Assembly (NCBI GenBank): GCA_963803805.1
Contig: CAWDOD010000002.1
Span: 1,120,001-1,184,000, forward strand
From: an uncultured cyanobacterium
GTDB taxonomy: Bacteria > Cyanobacteriota > Cyanobacteriia > Cyanobacteriales > CAWCAG01
Direction of reading: 5' to 3'
DNA length: 64,000 nucleotides
The notes beneath the pieces were generated by a model. It had not been told where the DNA came from. It searched no databases and saw only the letters and a program-made list of their open reading frames with translations. How positions within the stretch are numbered: position 1 is the stretch's first letter; every line of letters begins with the position of its first letter. This document shows positions 10,631-19,371 of the stretch, piece by piece. The translations under genes were made by a program, and so were the position numbers.

Positions 10631-13600
10631 ATGACGAATGACAGCATCTCAATGAAACTGCAAACTCGCTCTCGTACTAAGAGCGATTGGAAAAGAAAAG
10701 TTCTTCAGGGTTTAAATCTTCGTCCCGAAGAGGGAGAACGAACTTTTTTTATGTTCGTTTTCTACACCGCTACTTCCATAGGGCTAATTTGGCTAGAACA
10801 AGTCACTGTTGCTATCTTTTTGGCCGAGTTTGGTGTTGAGTTATTACCCATAATTTATATTGCCAGCGCCTTGATGGGTTCGGCTTTAGGTTTTTCTTAT
10901 TCTTTATTAGAAAAATTTTTACCGGTACGCAGGGTTTTACTGACTGTTTCCTTGATCATGGCCCTGCCGTTGGTTTTATTTCGGGTAGGCTTAGATATTC
11001 CTTACTTTAATGGCATCATTGCTTTAGGAACAGCGTTTGCGTTACGGCTGTGGATGGACGCAGAGGATATTCTCAATGACCTCAATGCCCAAGTTGCAGC
11101 TAACCAAATTTTCAATATTCGAGAAATTAAGCGTACTTATCCTTTAGTTGCTAGTGGACTGCTAGTAGGAGATGTGGTAGCGGGTTTCTCTTTACCCCTA
11201 CTACTAGTATTTTTGCAGACTAAGGATGTCATTGTTCTCGCTTCTATTATGATGTTAGTAGGAGCAGGAACTCTTTATTTTCTTACTAAACGCTACAAAC
11301 AATCTTTTCCTGATACTCCCACTAGGGATTTAGACGAACTGCAAACAGAATATGCCAGTAGCAGCATTAGTGCTTCTTTGAGGAAATATATTATCCCCCT
11401 ATTTGCTTTTTTTATTTTGGGGGAAGTGCTGTTTCTACTCGTGGAATTTCAGTATCTAGGGGAAATAGAAAGAGTTCTTAATGAAGAACAAATAGCTGGC
11501 TTTTTAGGCTTATTTAGCGGTGTTTTAGGAATATTTGAACTACTAACTCAATTGTTCATTTCCAGTCGTGCAGTGGAGCGTTTAGGGGTATTTGTAGCGG
11601 CAATGTTCCTACCGGTATCCCTATCAATTTTAGGTTTGATCACCCTAATATTTGATGCCAATGTTGGCGCTAACATTTTCAATGATATGGAAATTCTGTT
11701 TGTGGGGGTAATCGTCTTAAAATTCTTCGATGAACTGCTGCGCTATACCCTCATTGCTGGTATTGAACCTGCTTTATTTCAACCTATACCAGGAAGGATT
11801 CGTGGTTCTATTCAAACGCGGGTACAGGGTATTGCTGAACCTCTATCCACAGGGGTTACTGGTTTAGCAATTTTAGCTATAGTTTGGTTTGTCAACCATC
11901 GATTCGGCGAACTCTCTGAAGCAGCAGTACGGCAAGTTCAAGGAGGGATCTTCATTGGGGCTATTGTGATTTTCTCCATTATTTGGGCCACAAGTGCTTG
12001 GTTGCTCCGTTCTAGTTACGTCAGCTTGTTAGTGCAGAGTGCTGAACAAGGACGTTTAGGCTTTTTAAGTGTAGACCTAAAAGCATTTAAAAAGGCGATT
12101 TTAGAAGCCCTGCAAGAGAAAGAAGCCGAAGGAGATAAACTTTCTTGTATTCAATTATTAGAACGAATTGATCCTCCAGGAGTAGGAGAAGTTTTAGCCC
12201 CTTTGTTGGCAGATTTATCCCCTGCCCTTCAAAAGGAAAGTTTAGGGGCTATGGTGAAATATCCTGATTATGAGTTACGTCCCTATGTTCAAAAGATCGT
12301 TGAACAAAAACCCAATTTAGATGTTTTGGCTTTAGCTTTGCGCTATATGTGGCTGTCTCAACCAGACTTAGATACTAATACTTTAATTCCCTATCTGAAT
12401 GAAAGAGTAGATCCTGTCGTTAGGGGAACTGCTGCTAGTTTAATTCTGCGTCGAGGCAACCCTTATGAAAAAGCAGAAGCTACCAATACCTTAGAAAGAA
12501 TGCTTTCTTCCCCAAGGGAAAAAGAAAGAACTATCGCTATTAAAGCTTTGCAAGAAGTGGATTATATGCCCATCTTCGCTAAACGTTACCTCCCTGAACT
12601 CTTACAAGATGAGTCGGCTAGGGTACGTTGTGCTTTATTAGAAATGATTGGTACAAAGCATTTAGAGACTTATTACCCTTCTTTGGTAAAAGGACTTTAT
12701 TATCGTTCTACTCGCGAAGCAGCTAGAAATGCTTTAGTTTTGCTAGGAGATGATGGAACTGAGATTCTTGCTGAGTTGTCAGAAGATATTCGTAAGCCAG
12801 ATATGGTTAGGTTACAAGGTTGGAATGCCTTAGCGCAAATCGCTACCCCTAAAGCCTTAACTGAGTTGGTACAGCAATTAATAAGTAATTGGGGGGCAAA
12901 CCGTCGCAGTATTTTAAGAATCTTACTGAAAATTAGCAGCGATCGCGGTATTGAAACAGCCCTTGAACAGTTGGGGCGTAGCGGTGTAGAGACAATGATT
13001 GAGCAAGAATTATTATTGCTTGGCGAAATTTACTCTGCTTCTATTGATTTTGATTCAGAAACTCTTATAGGCAGGGAAGCAAACTTGTTAAGGTCTGCCC
13101 TTAAAGATTTACAGTCAGATATTATGGATCGCTGTTTTTTGTTGATGAAGTTGCTTTATCCTGCCAGCGCCATTCAAGCAGCTATGTTTAACCTTAATTC
13201 TGATTCCCAGGCTAATATTGCCTTGGGTTTAGAGATTTTGGATAATACCCTAGATTTACCCACCAAAGGAGTTCTCTTAGAATTATTAGATCGTGGCACT
13301 ACCGAGAATAAACTGGTTGCTTTAGAATCTTTATTTGTTTATCAACCCATGAAACCCCCAGATCGGTTGCGTCACTTAGTGGAGTTTCGTCATTTTCTCT
13401 CGGATTGGTCTTTAGCTTGTTGTTTTTATTTAGCTCGTCAGGCACACTGGACTATAAGCAGAGAAGCAACCTTAGTTTGTTTGCGCCATCCTAGCGCCTT
13501 TGTTAGAGAAGCAGTACTTGTTTACCTGCGCGAAGCTAGTCCTCGTACCTGTAGCGAACTGCTATCGGTATTAAAAAATGATCCTAATCCTCTGGTTGCA

Positions 13601-13657
13601 GCCCAAGTGCAGCAGATTATTGGGGAAATGGGACATCCTACAGCTTATAAGCCTTGA
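10631..13657 (+). CDS. NTT/Npt1-like MFS membrane domain fused to C-terminal HEAT repeats
   Basis: About 12 hydrophobic segments in the first 460 aa (GLNLRPEE, NQIFNIREIKRTYPL). The remainder is HEAT-like helical repeats (LLQDESARVRCA, LRHPSAFVREA, LKNDPNPLVAA). Confidence 0.8.
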   Translation: MTNDSISMKLQTRSRTKSDWKRKVLQGLNLRPEEGERTFFMFVFYTATSIGLIWLEQVTVAIFLAEFGVELLPIIYIASALMGSALGFSYSLLEKFLPVRRVLLTVSLIMALPLVLFRVGLDIPYFNGIIALGTAFALRLWMDAEDILNDLNAQVAANQIFNIREIKRTYPLVASGLLVGDVVAGFSLPLLLVFLQTKDVIVLASIMMLVGAGTLYFLTKRYKQSFPDTPTRDLDELQTEYASSSISASLRKYIIPLFAFFILGEVLFLLVEFQYLGEIERVLNEEQIAGFLGLFSGVLGIFELLTQLFISSRAVERLGVFVAAMFLPVSLSILGLITLIFDANVGANIFNDMEILFVGVIVLKFFDELLRYTLIAGIEPALFQPIPGRIRGSIQTRVQGIAEPLSTGVTGLAILAIVWFVNHRFGELSEAAVRQVQGGIFIGAIVIFSIIWATSAWLLRSSYVSLLVQSAEQGRLGFLSVDLKAFKKAILEALQEKEAEGDKLSCIQLLERIDPPGVGEVLAPLLADLSPALQKESLGAMVKYPDYELRPYVQKIVEQKPNLDVLALALRYMWLSQPDLDTNTLIPYLNERVDPVVRGTAASLILRRGNPYEKAEATNTLERMLSSPREKERTIAIKALQEVDYMPIFAKRYLPELLQDESARVRCALLEMIGTKHLETYYPSLVKGLYYRSTREAARNALVLLGDDGTEILAELSEDIRKPDMVRLQGWNALAQIATPKALTELVQQLISNWGANRRSILRILLKISSDRGIETALEQLGRSGVETMIEQELLLLGEIYSASIDFDSETLIGREANLLRSALKDLQSDIMDRCFLLMKLLYPASAIQAAMFNLNSDSQANIALGLEILDNTLDLPTKGVLLELLDRGTTENKLVALESLFVYQPMKPPDRLRHLVEFRHFLSDWSLACCFYLARQAHWTISREATLVCLRHPSAFVREAVLVYLREASPRTCSELLSVLKNDPNPLVAAQVQQIIGEMGHPTAYKP

Positions 13658-13747
13658 GCAAATTAATTTTGTGTTAAAAGGAGTTGGTAATTGATATTTT
13701 TAAATATCTCCATAATCTGCAATAGAGGAACTAATTACTAAACAAAA

Positions 13748-14191
13748 ATGTTAAGCAGTTTTGAACGCTTATTATTTATCAGGCGCGTCTCTATTTTTCA
13801 GGAACTTAGAGATGAGTTTTTGGTTAAGCTAGCATCGGCGATGGATGAGTTGTCTTTTCCGGCTCAACACAATATCTTTCAGCAAGGAGAAGAAGGACGC
13901 TCTCTCTATATCGTTGTTTCTGGAAGTGTGAAGGTTCACATTGGCGAAAGGGATTTAGCTCAATTAGAAGAAGGAGCTATTTTTGGGGAAATGTCTTTGT
14001 TTGATGCTGAACCTCGTTCTGCTTCTGTAACAACTTTGAAACCATCAGAGTGTTTGACCCTAAATCAATTGCAACTTATTGATGCGATCGAAGAAACTCC
14101 AGAGATTGCTGTTAATATAACTCGTTCTCTTTCCCGTCGTGTCCGGGATTTGAATGCTAAGCTAAATGCGGTTACCGCTAGTGGTAAATGA
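13748..14191 (+). CDS. Stand-alone cyclic-nucleotide-binding domain protein
   Basis: IFQQGEEG..LYIVVSGSV and the phosphate-binding cassette FGEMSLFDAEPRSASV. No HTH domain. Confidence 0.92.
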   Translation: MLSSFERLLFIRRVSIFQELRDEFLVKLASAMDELSFPAQHNIFQQGEEGRSLYIVVSGSVKVHIGERDLAQLEEGAIFGEMSLFDAEPRSASVTTLKPSECLTLNQLQLIDAIEETPEIAVNITRSLSRRVRDLNAKLNAVTASGK

Positions 14192-14560
14192 AAATTATTA
14201 GATATTGGCAATAAGGTTATTTTGTCAATAGGTAGTTAAACTGTTAAGAAACAAGAAGTAGTTACCTCACCACTAGTACCTTCTTGAATTTTCCATTTTT
14301 AGGCGCTGGATTTAGGAAAAAACCTGCTATTGCAAGGGTTTTATTGAATCATGGCATTTTTTGGCGATAAAAAGCCAAAATATCATTTCTCCTAATTCTC
14401 TGCTAATTTTATGATCATAACAAGAGCTTTGAATAGCCTATTAATTCGTTCTTAATATATCTTTGTAAAAGCGCTCTAAAATTGTCTGAACTTAGATAAT
14501 TAAATGCTTTAAGTTTTTTTGATAAAGTTTTACTTATCAATCTTCGTTAACCTCGTAATC

Positions 14561-14773
14561 CTAATTCTCGTAATAGTTGAGTGTTTCTCCTTCACATAAA
14601 TAGATTCTCTTTTCAATAGCAACTCGATATTGAGGAGGGAGGTTTGATTCGATATTATCGGCGTAAGCGAAGCCATGCCGGAGGCTTATCGCACTTATTA
14701 AGCGATGATAGATTTCTGGCCAAAGTTCGGGATTTTCTAAATAGGGGTTCATTCCAGGGAATGGGGAAGGCAT
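14561..14773 (-). pseudogene. Truncated DUF4058-family gene carrying an 8-codon insertion
   Basis: The N-terminus MPSPFPGMNPYLE is diagnostic. The ORF stops after 70 aa within TCGTAAT-type repeats. Confidence 0.75.
14661..14692. mobile_element. 24-nt small dispersed repeat (SDR-like) inserted in a HIP1 site
   Basis: GCG[TAAGCGAAGCCATGCCGGAGGCTT]ATCGC. Removing 14664..14687 restores GCGATCGC and the peptide ISAIAD. Confidence 0.85.
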
Positions 14774-14904
14774 AACTTGTAGGTATGGAAAGAACTATTT
14801 AAGGAAATGAAGTTAAGGATGACAGGTCAACTATAATAATTATTTGGGTAGTTAGTCTTTGTCTCAATCTACCAATATTAATTCCTACTATATCTGAAGA
14901 TATT

Positions 14905-15207
14905 ATGCAAACTTATTATTACGCTTTAGCTAGTCAAAAGTTTTTACTTGAAGAAGAACCTTTTGAAGAAGTTCTTACTGAACGTACTCGCAATTATCAA
15001 GAAAATAATAAAGAAATTGATTTTTGGTTAATAAAAGAACCTGATTTCCTCAATTCTCCAGAATTTGCTGAAATTAAGGCTAAATGCCCTCAACCTGCTG
15101 CGGCAGTTGTTTCTACGAACAAGCAGTTCATTACTTGGTTAAAGCTACGTTTGGAGTACGTTATGACAGGAGAGTTTCAATCAGATTCGGTTTTCAGTTA
15201 TCAATGA
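14905..15207 (+). CDS. ycf54: Ycf54, Mg-protoporphyrin IX monomethyl ester cyclase accessory factor
   Basis: YYYALASQKFLLEEEPFEEVLxER and FITWLKLRLEYV. Confidence 0.95.
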   Translation: MQTYYYALASQKFLLEEEPFEEVLTERTRNYQENNKEIDFWLIKEPDFLNSPEFAEIKAKCPQPAAAVVSTNKQFITWLKLRLEYVMTGEFQSDSVFSYQ

Positions 15208-15278
15208 TCAGTATGAAGTTTGTATGTGAAAGTAAAGTAAAGAGTACAGAAATTAAACAATCAGCAACTAGCAACTAG

Positions 15279-16550
15279 CTATAAATGTTTTTTATCTAGA
15301 AAAAATAGAACTAATAATCCTAAACTTATACTGGCAGAGGCAATTAGCCAGAAGTTAGAGGTGAAATTGGCTGGTTGATCTAAAACCCAACCTCCTAAAG
15401 AAGGGCCAATAAAATAACCGACAGCCCAACATTGGGCTTCTAGGGAGAAATAGATCCCTCGCAGGGATTCTGGGGCCAAATCTCCTACTAAAGAAGAGGC
15501 GGAAGGGACATAGATAACTTTGGCGCAGGCAAACAGAAATAAAGCAGCGTAGGCAAAGCCTGTCGTAGACATCACGCCCATAATTAGTTCATTAGGGATT
15601 ATGCCCATTAGCCAAATTAAGGAAAATCCTCCTCCCCAGAATACCAAAGCCAGCATCAAAGCCCGAAAACGCCTGATTTTATTGAGAAAGCGGGCTACGG
15701 GTAATTGGAAAATAGCGTTGAAAGTGACGTAGAAAAAGAAAAGCAGGCTAATGGTTTCGGTGGTAAATCCTGTTTCTGTTTCTGCACCTGGGATAAAGTT
15801 GGCAAAATAAAGAGGCAGAGTGCTATTAATTTGGGCATCGTAGGTGGTGAAGAGGATGTTTATTAATAACCAAATTACAAAAATGCGATCCCTAAATGCC
15901 TGTTTCCAGCCTTGTATAGCTTGATGGTTGGTTTCTGAGGGTTGACGAGTTTCTTCTATGGTTAACCAAATGATTATTAAAAAAGTAAGATAAGCAAAAC
16001 TTTTAAGCAAAAATAAAGTCCGATAACCACCAGCAATCGCTATTAGTTTTCCGGCTAAAAATACTCCTAAACCTAAACCTAAGCTATCCGCTAAGCGAGT
16101 AGTAGCAAAAGCTTCATTACGCTGTTCTAGGGAGGTTAAATCTGCTACCATTGCTTCTGTAGGAGGCCAATATAAACCGATGCCTAAACTCATCAATAAG
16201 TTACCTATAATCAAGCTAGGAAAATTATAGGCAAAGGCTAAAGATAGGCTAGCTAAAACAGAAACAGCCGCAGCCATAAGCAAAGTTTTTTTCCGCCCCC
16301 ACGACACAGAATCAGCCAATGAACCCGCAATAAATCTTCCTACCACCCCAGAAACAGAACCAAAACCCAGGGCTAAACCAACTTGGGTTGCTGATAAGCC
16401 AATTTCATCGACAAAGAAGATGGAAGCATAAACTAAGGTAAAACCTTGACCAATATGTAATAAAAATCGACCAACAGCGAGAATCCAAACTTCTTTTTTT
16501 AATTCTGGTAGTAACTTGGCTAAGGTTGGGAGTTTAAGAGTTTGACTCAT
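15279..16550 (-). CDS. MFS transporter
   Basis: About 12 TM segments; motif A-like GSLADSVSWGRK; APESLRGIY. Confidence 0.9.
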   Translation of the reverse strand: MSQTLKLPTLAKLLPELKKEVWILAVGRFLLHIGQGFTLVYASIFFVDEIGLSATQVGLALGFGSVSGVVGRFIAGSLADSVSWGRKKTLLMAAAVSVLASLSLAFAYNFPSLIIGNLLMSLGIGLYWPPTEAMVADLTSLEQRNEAFATTRLADSLGLGLGVFLAGKLIAIAGGYRTLFLLKSFAYLTFLIIIWLTIEETRQPSETNHQAIQGWKQAFRDRIFVIWLLINILFTTYDAQINSTLPLYFANFIPGAETETGFTTETISLLFFFYVTFNAIFQLPVARFLNKIRRFRALMLALVFWGGGFSLIWLMGIIPNELIMGVMSTTGFAYAALFLFACAKVIYVPSASSLVGDLAPESLRGIYFSLEAQCWAVGYFIGPSLGGWVLDQPANFTSNFWLIASASISLGLLVLFFLDKKHL

Positions 16551-16720
16551 GAAGTATTTTTTTAGTGCATTAAGAGAAGCAAATTATTAAACTAAGACAT
16601 TTGAATATCTCTATGGACTATTAAATATTTCCTCCCTTCACAGATCGATTTAGAAGCATAACAGCTTATTTTGTTAGATAATATTAATTAGCAAACTTAA
16701 TTTAGTTAATCAAAATACCA

Positions 16721-17002
16721 ATGGCAAAAGCAATTTGGAATGGGGCTGTTTTAGCCGAAAGCGATCGCTGCGAAATGGTTGAAGGAAATTACTATTTTCC
16801 GGCAGACTCGATTAACCAAGAATATTTTCAAGATAGCAATACCCATACTACTTGTCCCTGGAAAGGTGTTGCTAGTTATTACACTATTGTAGTTGAAGGA
16901 GAAAAAAATCAGGATGCAGCTTGGTATTATCCCCAAGCAAAGGAGAAAGCGAAAAATATTGAAGGTTATGTCGCTTTTTGGCGAGGAGTTGAAGTAACAT
17001 AA
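16721..17002 (+). CDS. DUF427 domain protein
   Basis: EGNYYFP, TTCPWKGVASYY and AAWYYP. Confidence 0.92.
   Translation: MAKAIWNGAVLAESDRCEMVEGNYYFPADSINQEYFQDSNTHTTCPWKGVASYYTIVVEGEKNQDAAWYYPQAKEKAKNIEGYVAFWRGVEVT
16761..16768. repeat. HIP1 octamer (representative of many copies across the window)
   Basis: GCGATCGC recurs throughout, e.g. at 4425, 6447 and 16761. It is a cyanobacterial genome signature. Confidence 0.95.
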
Positions 17003-17187
17003 CTTACGTAAAAGACAGAGAAATAGAGGGTGATTTTAATTGAGCAATGAGATACCCAGAAAGTAATTCATGCTTAATCTGATAGACAGTTTGAGGTGAT
17101 GTTCTTTCCTACAGGTCTTATCTTTGATTTCTTTGGTCTAAAGTGAAATAATTAATATCTAATAAGCATTAATAAACTTCTTTAAAA

Positions 17188-18384
17188 ATGACAGTAGCAC
17201 GTCCTCATATTAAATCTAAAGCTCTTAAACCAGGTAGCCGCAAACCTGCTAAAGAATTGTGTAGCGAGTGTGGCTTGTGTGATACATATTACGTGCATTA
17301 TGTCAAAGAAGCTTGTGCTTTTCTTAATCAACAAATTTCTGAACTAGAAACCCAGGCACACGGGCGCAGCCGTAACTTGGATGACGACAATGAGTTATAC
17401 TTCGGTGTGCAAGAACAGATGATGGCAGCACGGAAAAAAGAACCTCTTCCTGGGGCGCAATGGACGGGTATTGTGAGTACTATTGCTTGTGAAATGCTTA
17501 ATCAAGGGATAGTTGAAGGGGTTATTTGTGTTCAAAATACCACTGAAGATCGTTTTCAACCAATGCCGGTGGTAGCAACAACGCCGGAGGAAGTACTTGC
17601 AGCGAAGGTTAATAAACCTACCCTTTCTCCTAACCTCTCTGTTTTAGAACAGGTAGAAAAATCTGGTTTCAAACGTTTATTAGTAATTGGTGTCGGTTGC
17701 CAAATTCAGGCTTTGCGGGCAGTTCAAAAGAATTTAGGGTTAGAAAAACTCTATGTTTTAGGAACTCCCTGTGTAGATAATGTTACTCGTGCCGGATTGC
17801 AGAAGTTCCTAGACACTACTAGTAAATCTCCAGATACGGTAGTACATTATGAGTTTATGCAAGACTTCCGTGTCCATTTTAAGCATGAAGACGGTTCCAT
17901 TGAAAAAGTCCCCTTCTTTGGCTTAAAAACTAACCAACTTAAGGATGTCTTTGCACCCTCTTGTATGAGTTGTTTTGATTATACTAACAGCTTAGCAGAT
18001 TTGGTTGTGGGTTATATGGGAGCGCCTTTTGGTTGGCAGTGGTTAACGGTACGCAACTCCCAAGGGCAAGAAATGCTTGATTTGGTAATGGCTCAGTTGG
18101 AGACTCAACCTGTTATGTCCCAAGGCGATCGCCACAATGCTGTGCAGCAAAGTATACCCGCCTACGATCAAGGCGTTACTTTACCCATGTGGGCAGCAAA
18201 ATTAATGGGGGTAGTGATTGAAAAAATTGGTCCCAAAGGCTTGGAATACGGACGCTTTTCCATTGACTCCCATTTCACCCGCAACTATTTGTATGTGAAA
18301 CGCAACTATCCCGAAAAGTTAGCTAATCATGTACCGGAATTTGCTAAACGTATTGTAGGGCAGTATAAGTTACCCGATGAGTAA
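17188..18384 (+). CDS. bciB: Ferredoxin-dependent 8-vinyl (divinyl chlorophyllide) reductase, FrhB-like
   Basis: LCSECGLCDT Fe-S motif, GAQWTGIV, GVGCQ, GTPCVDN and SCMSCFDY. Confidence 0.9.
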   Translation: MTVARPHIKSKALKPGSRKPAKELCSECGLCDTYYVHYVKEACAFLNQQISELETQAHGRSRNLDDDNELYFGVQEQMMAARKKEPLPGAQWTGIVSTIACEMLNQGIVEGVICVQNTTEDRFQPMPVVATTPEEVLAAKVNKPTLSPNLSVLEQVEKSGFKRLLVIGVGCQIQALRAVQKNLGLEKLYVLGTPCVDNVTRAGLQKFLDTTSKSPDTVVHYEFMQDFRVHFKHEDGSIEKVPFFGLKTNQLKDVFAPSCMSCFDYTNSLADLVVGYMGAPFGWQWLTVRNSQGQEMLDLVMAQLETQPVMSQGDRHNAVQQSIPAYDQGVTLPMWAAKLMGVVIEKIGPKGLEYGRFSIDSHFTRNYLYVKRNYPEKLANHVPEFAKRIVGQYKLPDE

Positions 18385-19186
18385 AATCAAAAACCTCAAA
18401 GTTGTCACCATCAACATTCTTTTTGAAATGGCCCAATGGGAACAACGTCGGGAAATTTTAGTAGAAGGGTTAAGGGCAGAAAATGCCGATTTAATTGCCC
18501 TGCAAGAAGTTAAGCTGCCGGAGGATCATAGTGCTTGGTTAGCCCAACAACTCAATCTACCTTATATCCATTTAGTCCCCTACCAACCATCAGAAATTAA
18601 ACATATTCCTCTCTACGGGGCAGCTATTCTTAGTCGCTATCCCTTTAGTGAAAAAGCAATTCTCGATTTACAATCTCAAGGTAGAAAAGCTCAATATGTG
18701 CAAATAGAATGGCAAGGGAAACCTTTAATATTTTGCAATGGCCATTATTATTGGTATCCAGGCCCTTCCCCAGAAAGGGTAAAACAGATAGAATTACTTC
18801 TTAAATGGTTGGGTGGCTTACCTCAAGAAACTCCTATCATTGCTGTAGGAGACTTTAATGGTACTCCTGATACTCCTGCGATCGCTAAAATGGGAGAACA
18901 TTTTACTTCTGCCTACGCAGCTTATCATGGTCAAGAACCAGAATACACCTGTCCTACCCCTTTAGTTTGGCATGGTTGGCAACGTAAATTGCACTCATTT
19001 AAGCTCAATTTACTCAGAAACCGTAGCTTTAAACTCTGGCGCGGTACACTAGATTATATTTTTATTAATAAGCATCTAGAAGTAAAAGATTGCCGCCTTA
19101 TTCTTAATCAACCTCTACCCAATAGTCCCACTCTTTATCCTTCTGATCACTTTGGTATCGCAGCTTTGCTAACTGCCAGATGTTAA
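18377..19186 (+). CDS. Endonuclease/exonuclease/phosphatase family protein
   Basis: Motifs TIN, LQEV, GDFN, LDYIF and SDH. Overlaps bciB by 8 nt. Confidence 0.9.
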   Translation: MSKIKNLKVVTINILFEMAQWEQRREILVEGLRAENADLIALQEVKLPEDHSAWLAQQLNLPYIHLVPYQPSEIKHIPLYGAAILSRYPFSEKAILDLQSQGRKAQYVQIEWQGKPLIFCNGHYYWYPGPSPERVKQIELLLKWLGGLPQETPIIAVGDFNGTPDTPAIAKMGEHFTSAYAAYHGQEPEYTCPTPLVWHGWQRKLHSFKLNLLRNRSFKLWRGTLDYIFINKHLEVKDCRLILNQPLPNSPTLYPSDHFGIAALLTARC

Positions 19187-19224
19187 ACTGAAAGTAGCTC
19201 AAAATCCTGCAACGAGCCGCAATA

Positions 19225-19301
19225 ATGCAGTTACAAACAACACCAAAGCTTTTTATACTCCAGAGGAATATTTGGAACTTGAAGAACAAGCTAATGGCTA
19301 G
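19225..19301 (+). pseudogene. 5' remnant of a Uma2-family endonuclease gene
   Basis: With one extra T it reads MQLQTTPKLFYTPEEYLELEEQA, a typical cyanobacterial Uma2 N-terminus, then runs into GCTAGTT repeats. Confidence 0.6.
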
Positions 19302-19371
19302 TCGCTAGTTGCTAGTTGCCAAAATCTTATACTTGATGAGGATATTTTATTTATTGGAGTTATCTAACTGA

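Noticed and set aside
14300..14450. AAAACCTG...CAAGGGTTTT inverted motif reminiscent of cyanobacterial CRISPR-leader sequence
   Set aside because: No repeat-spacer array or cas gene is adjacent, and the motif is short and nonspecific.
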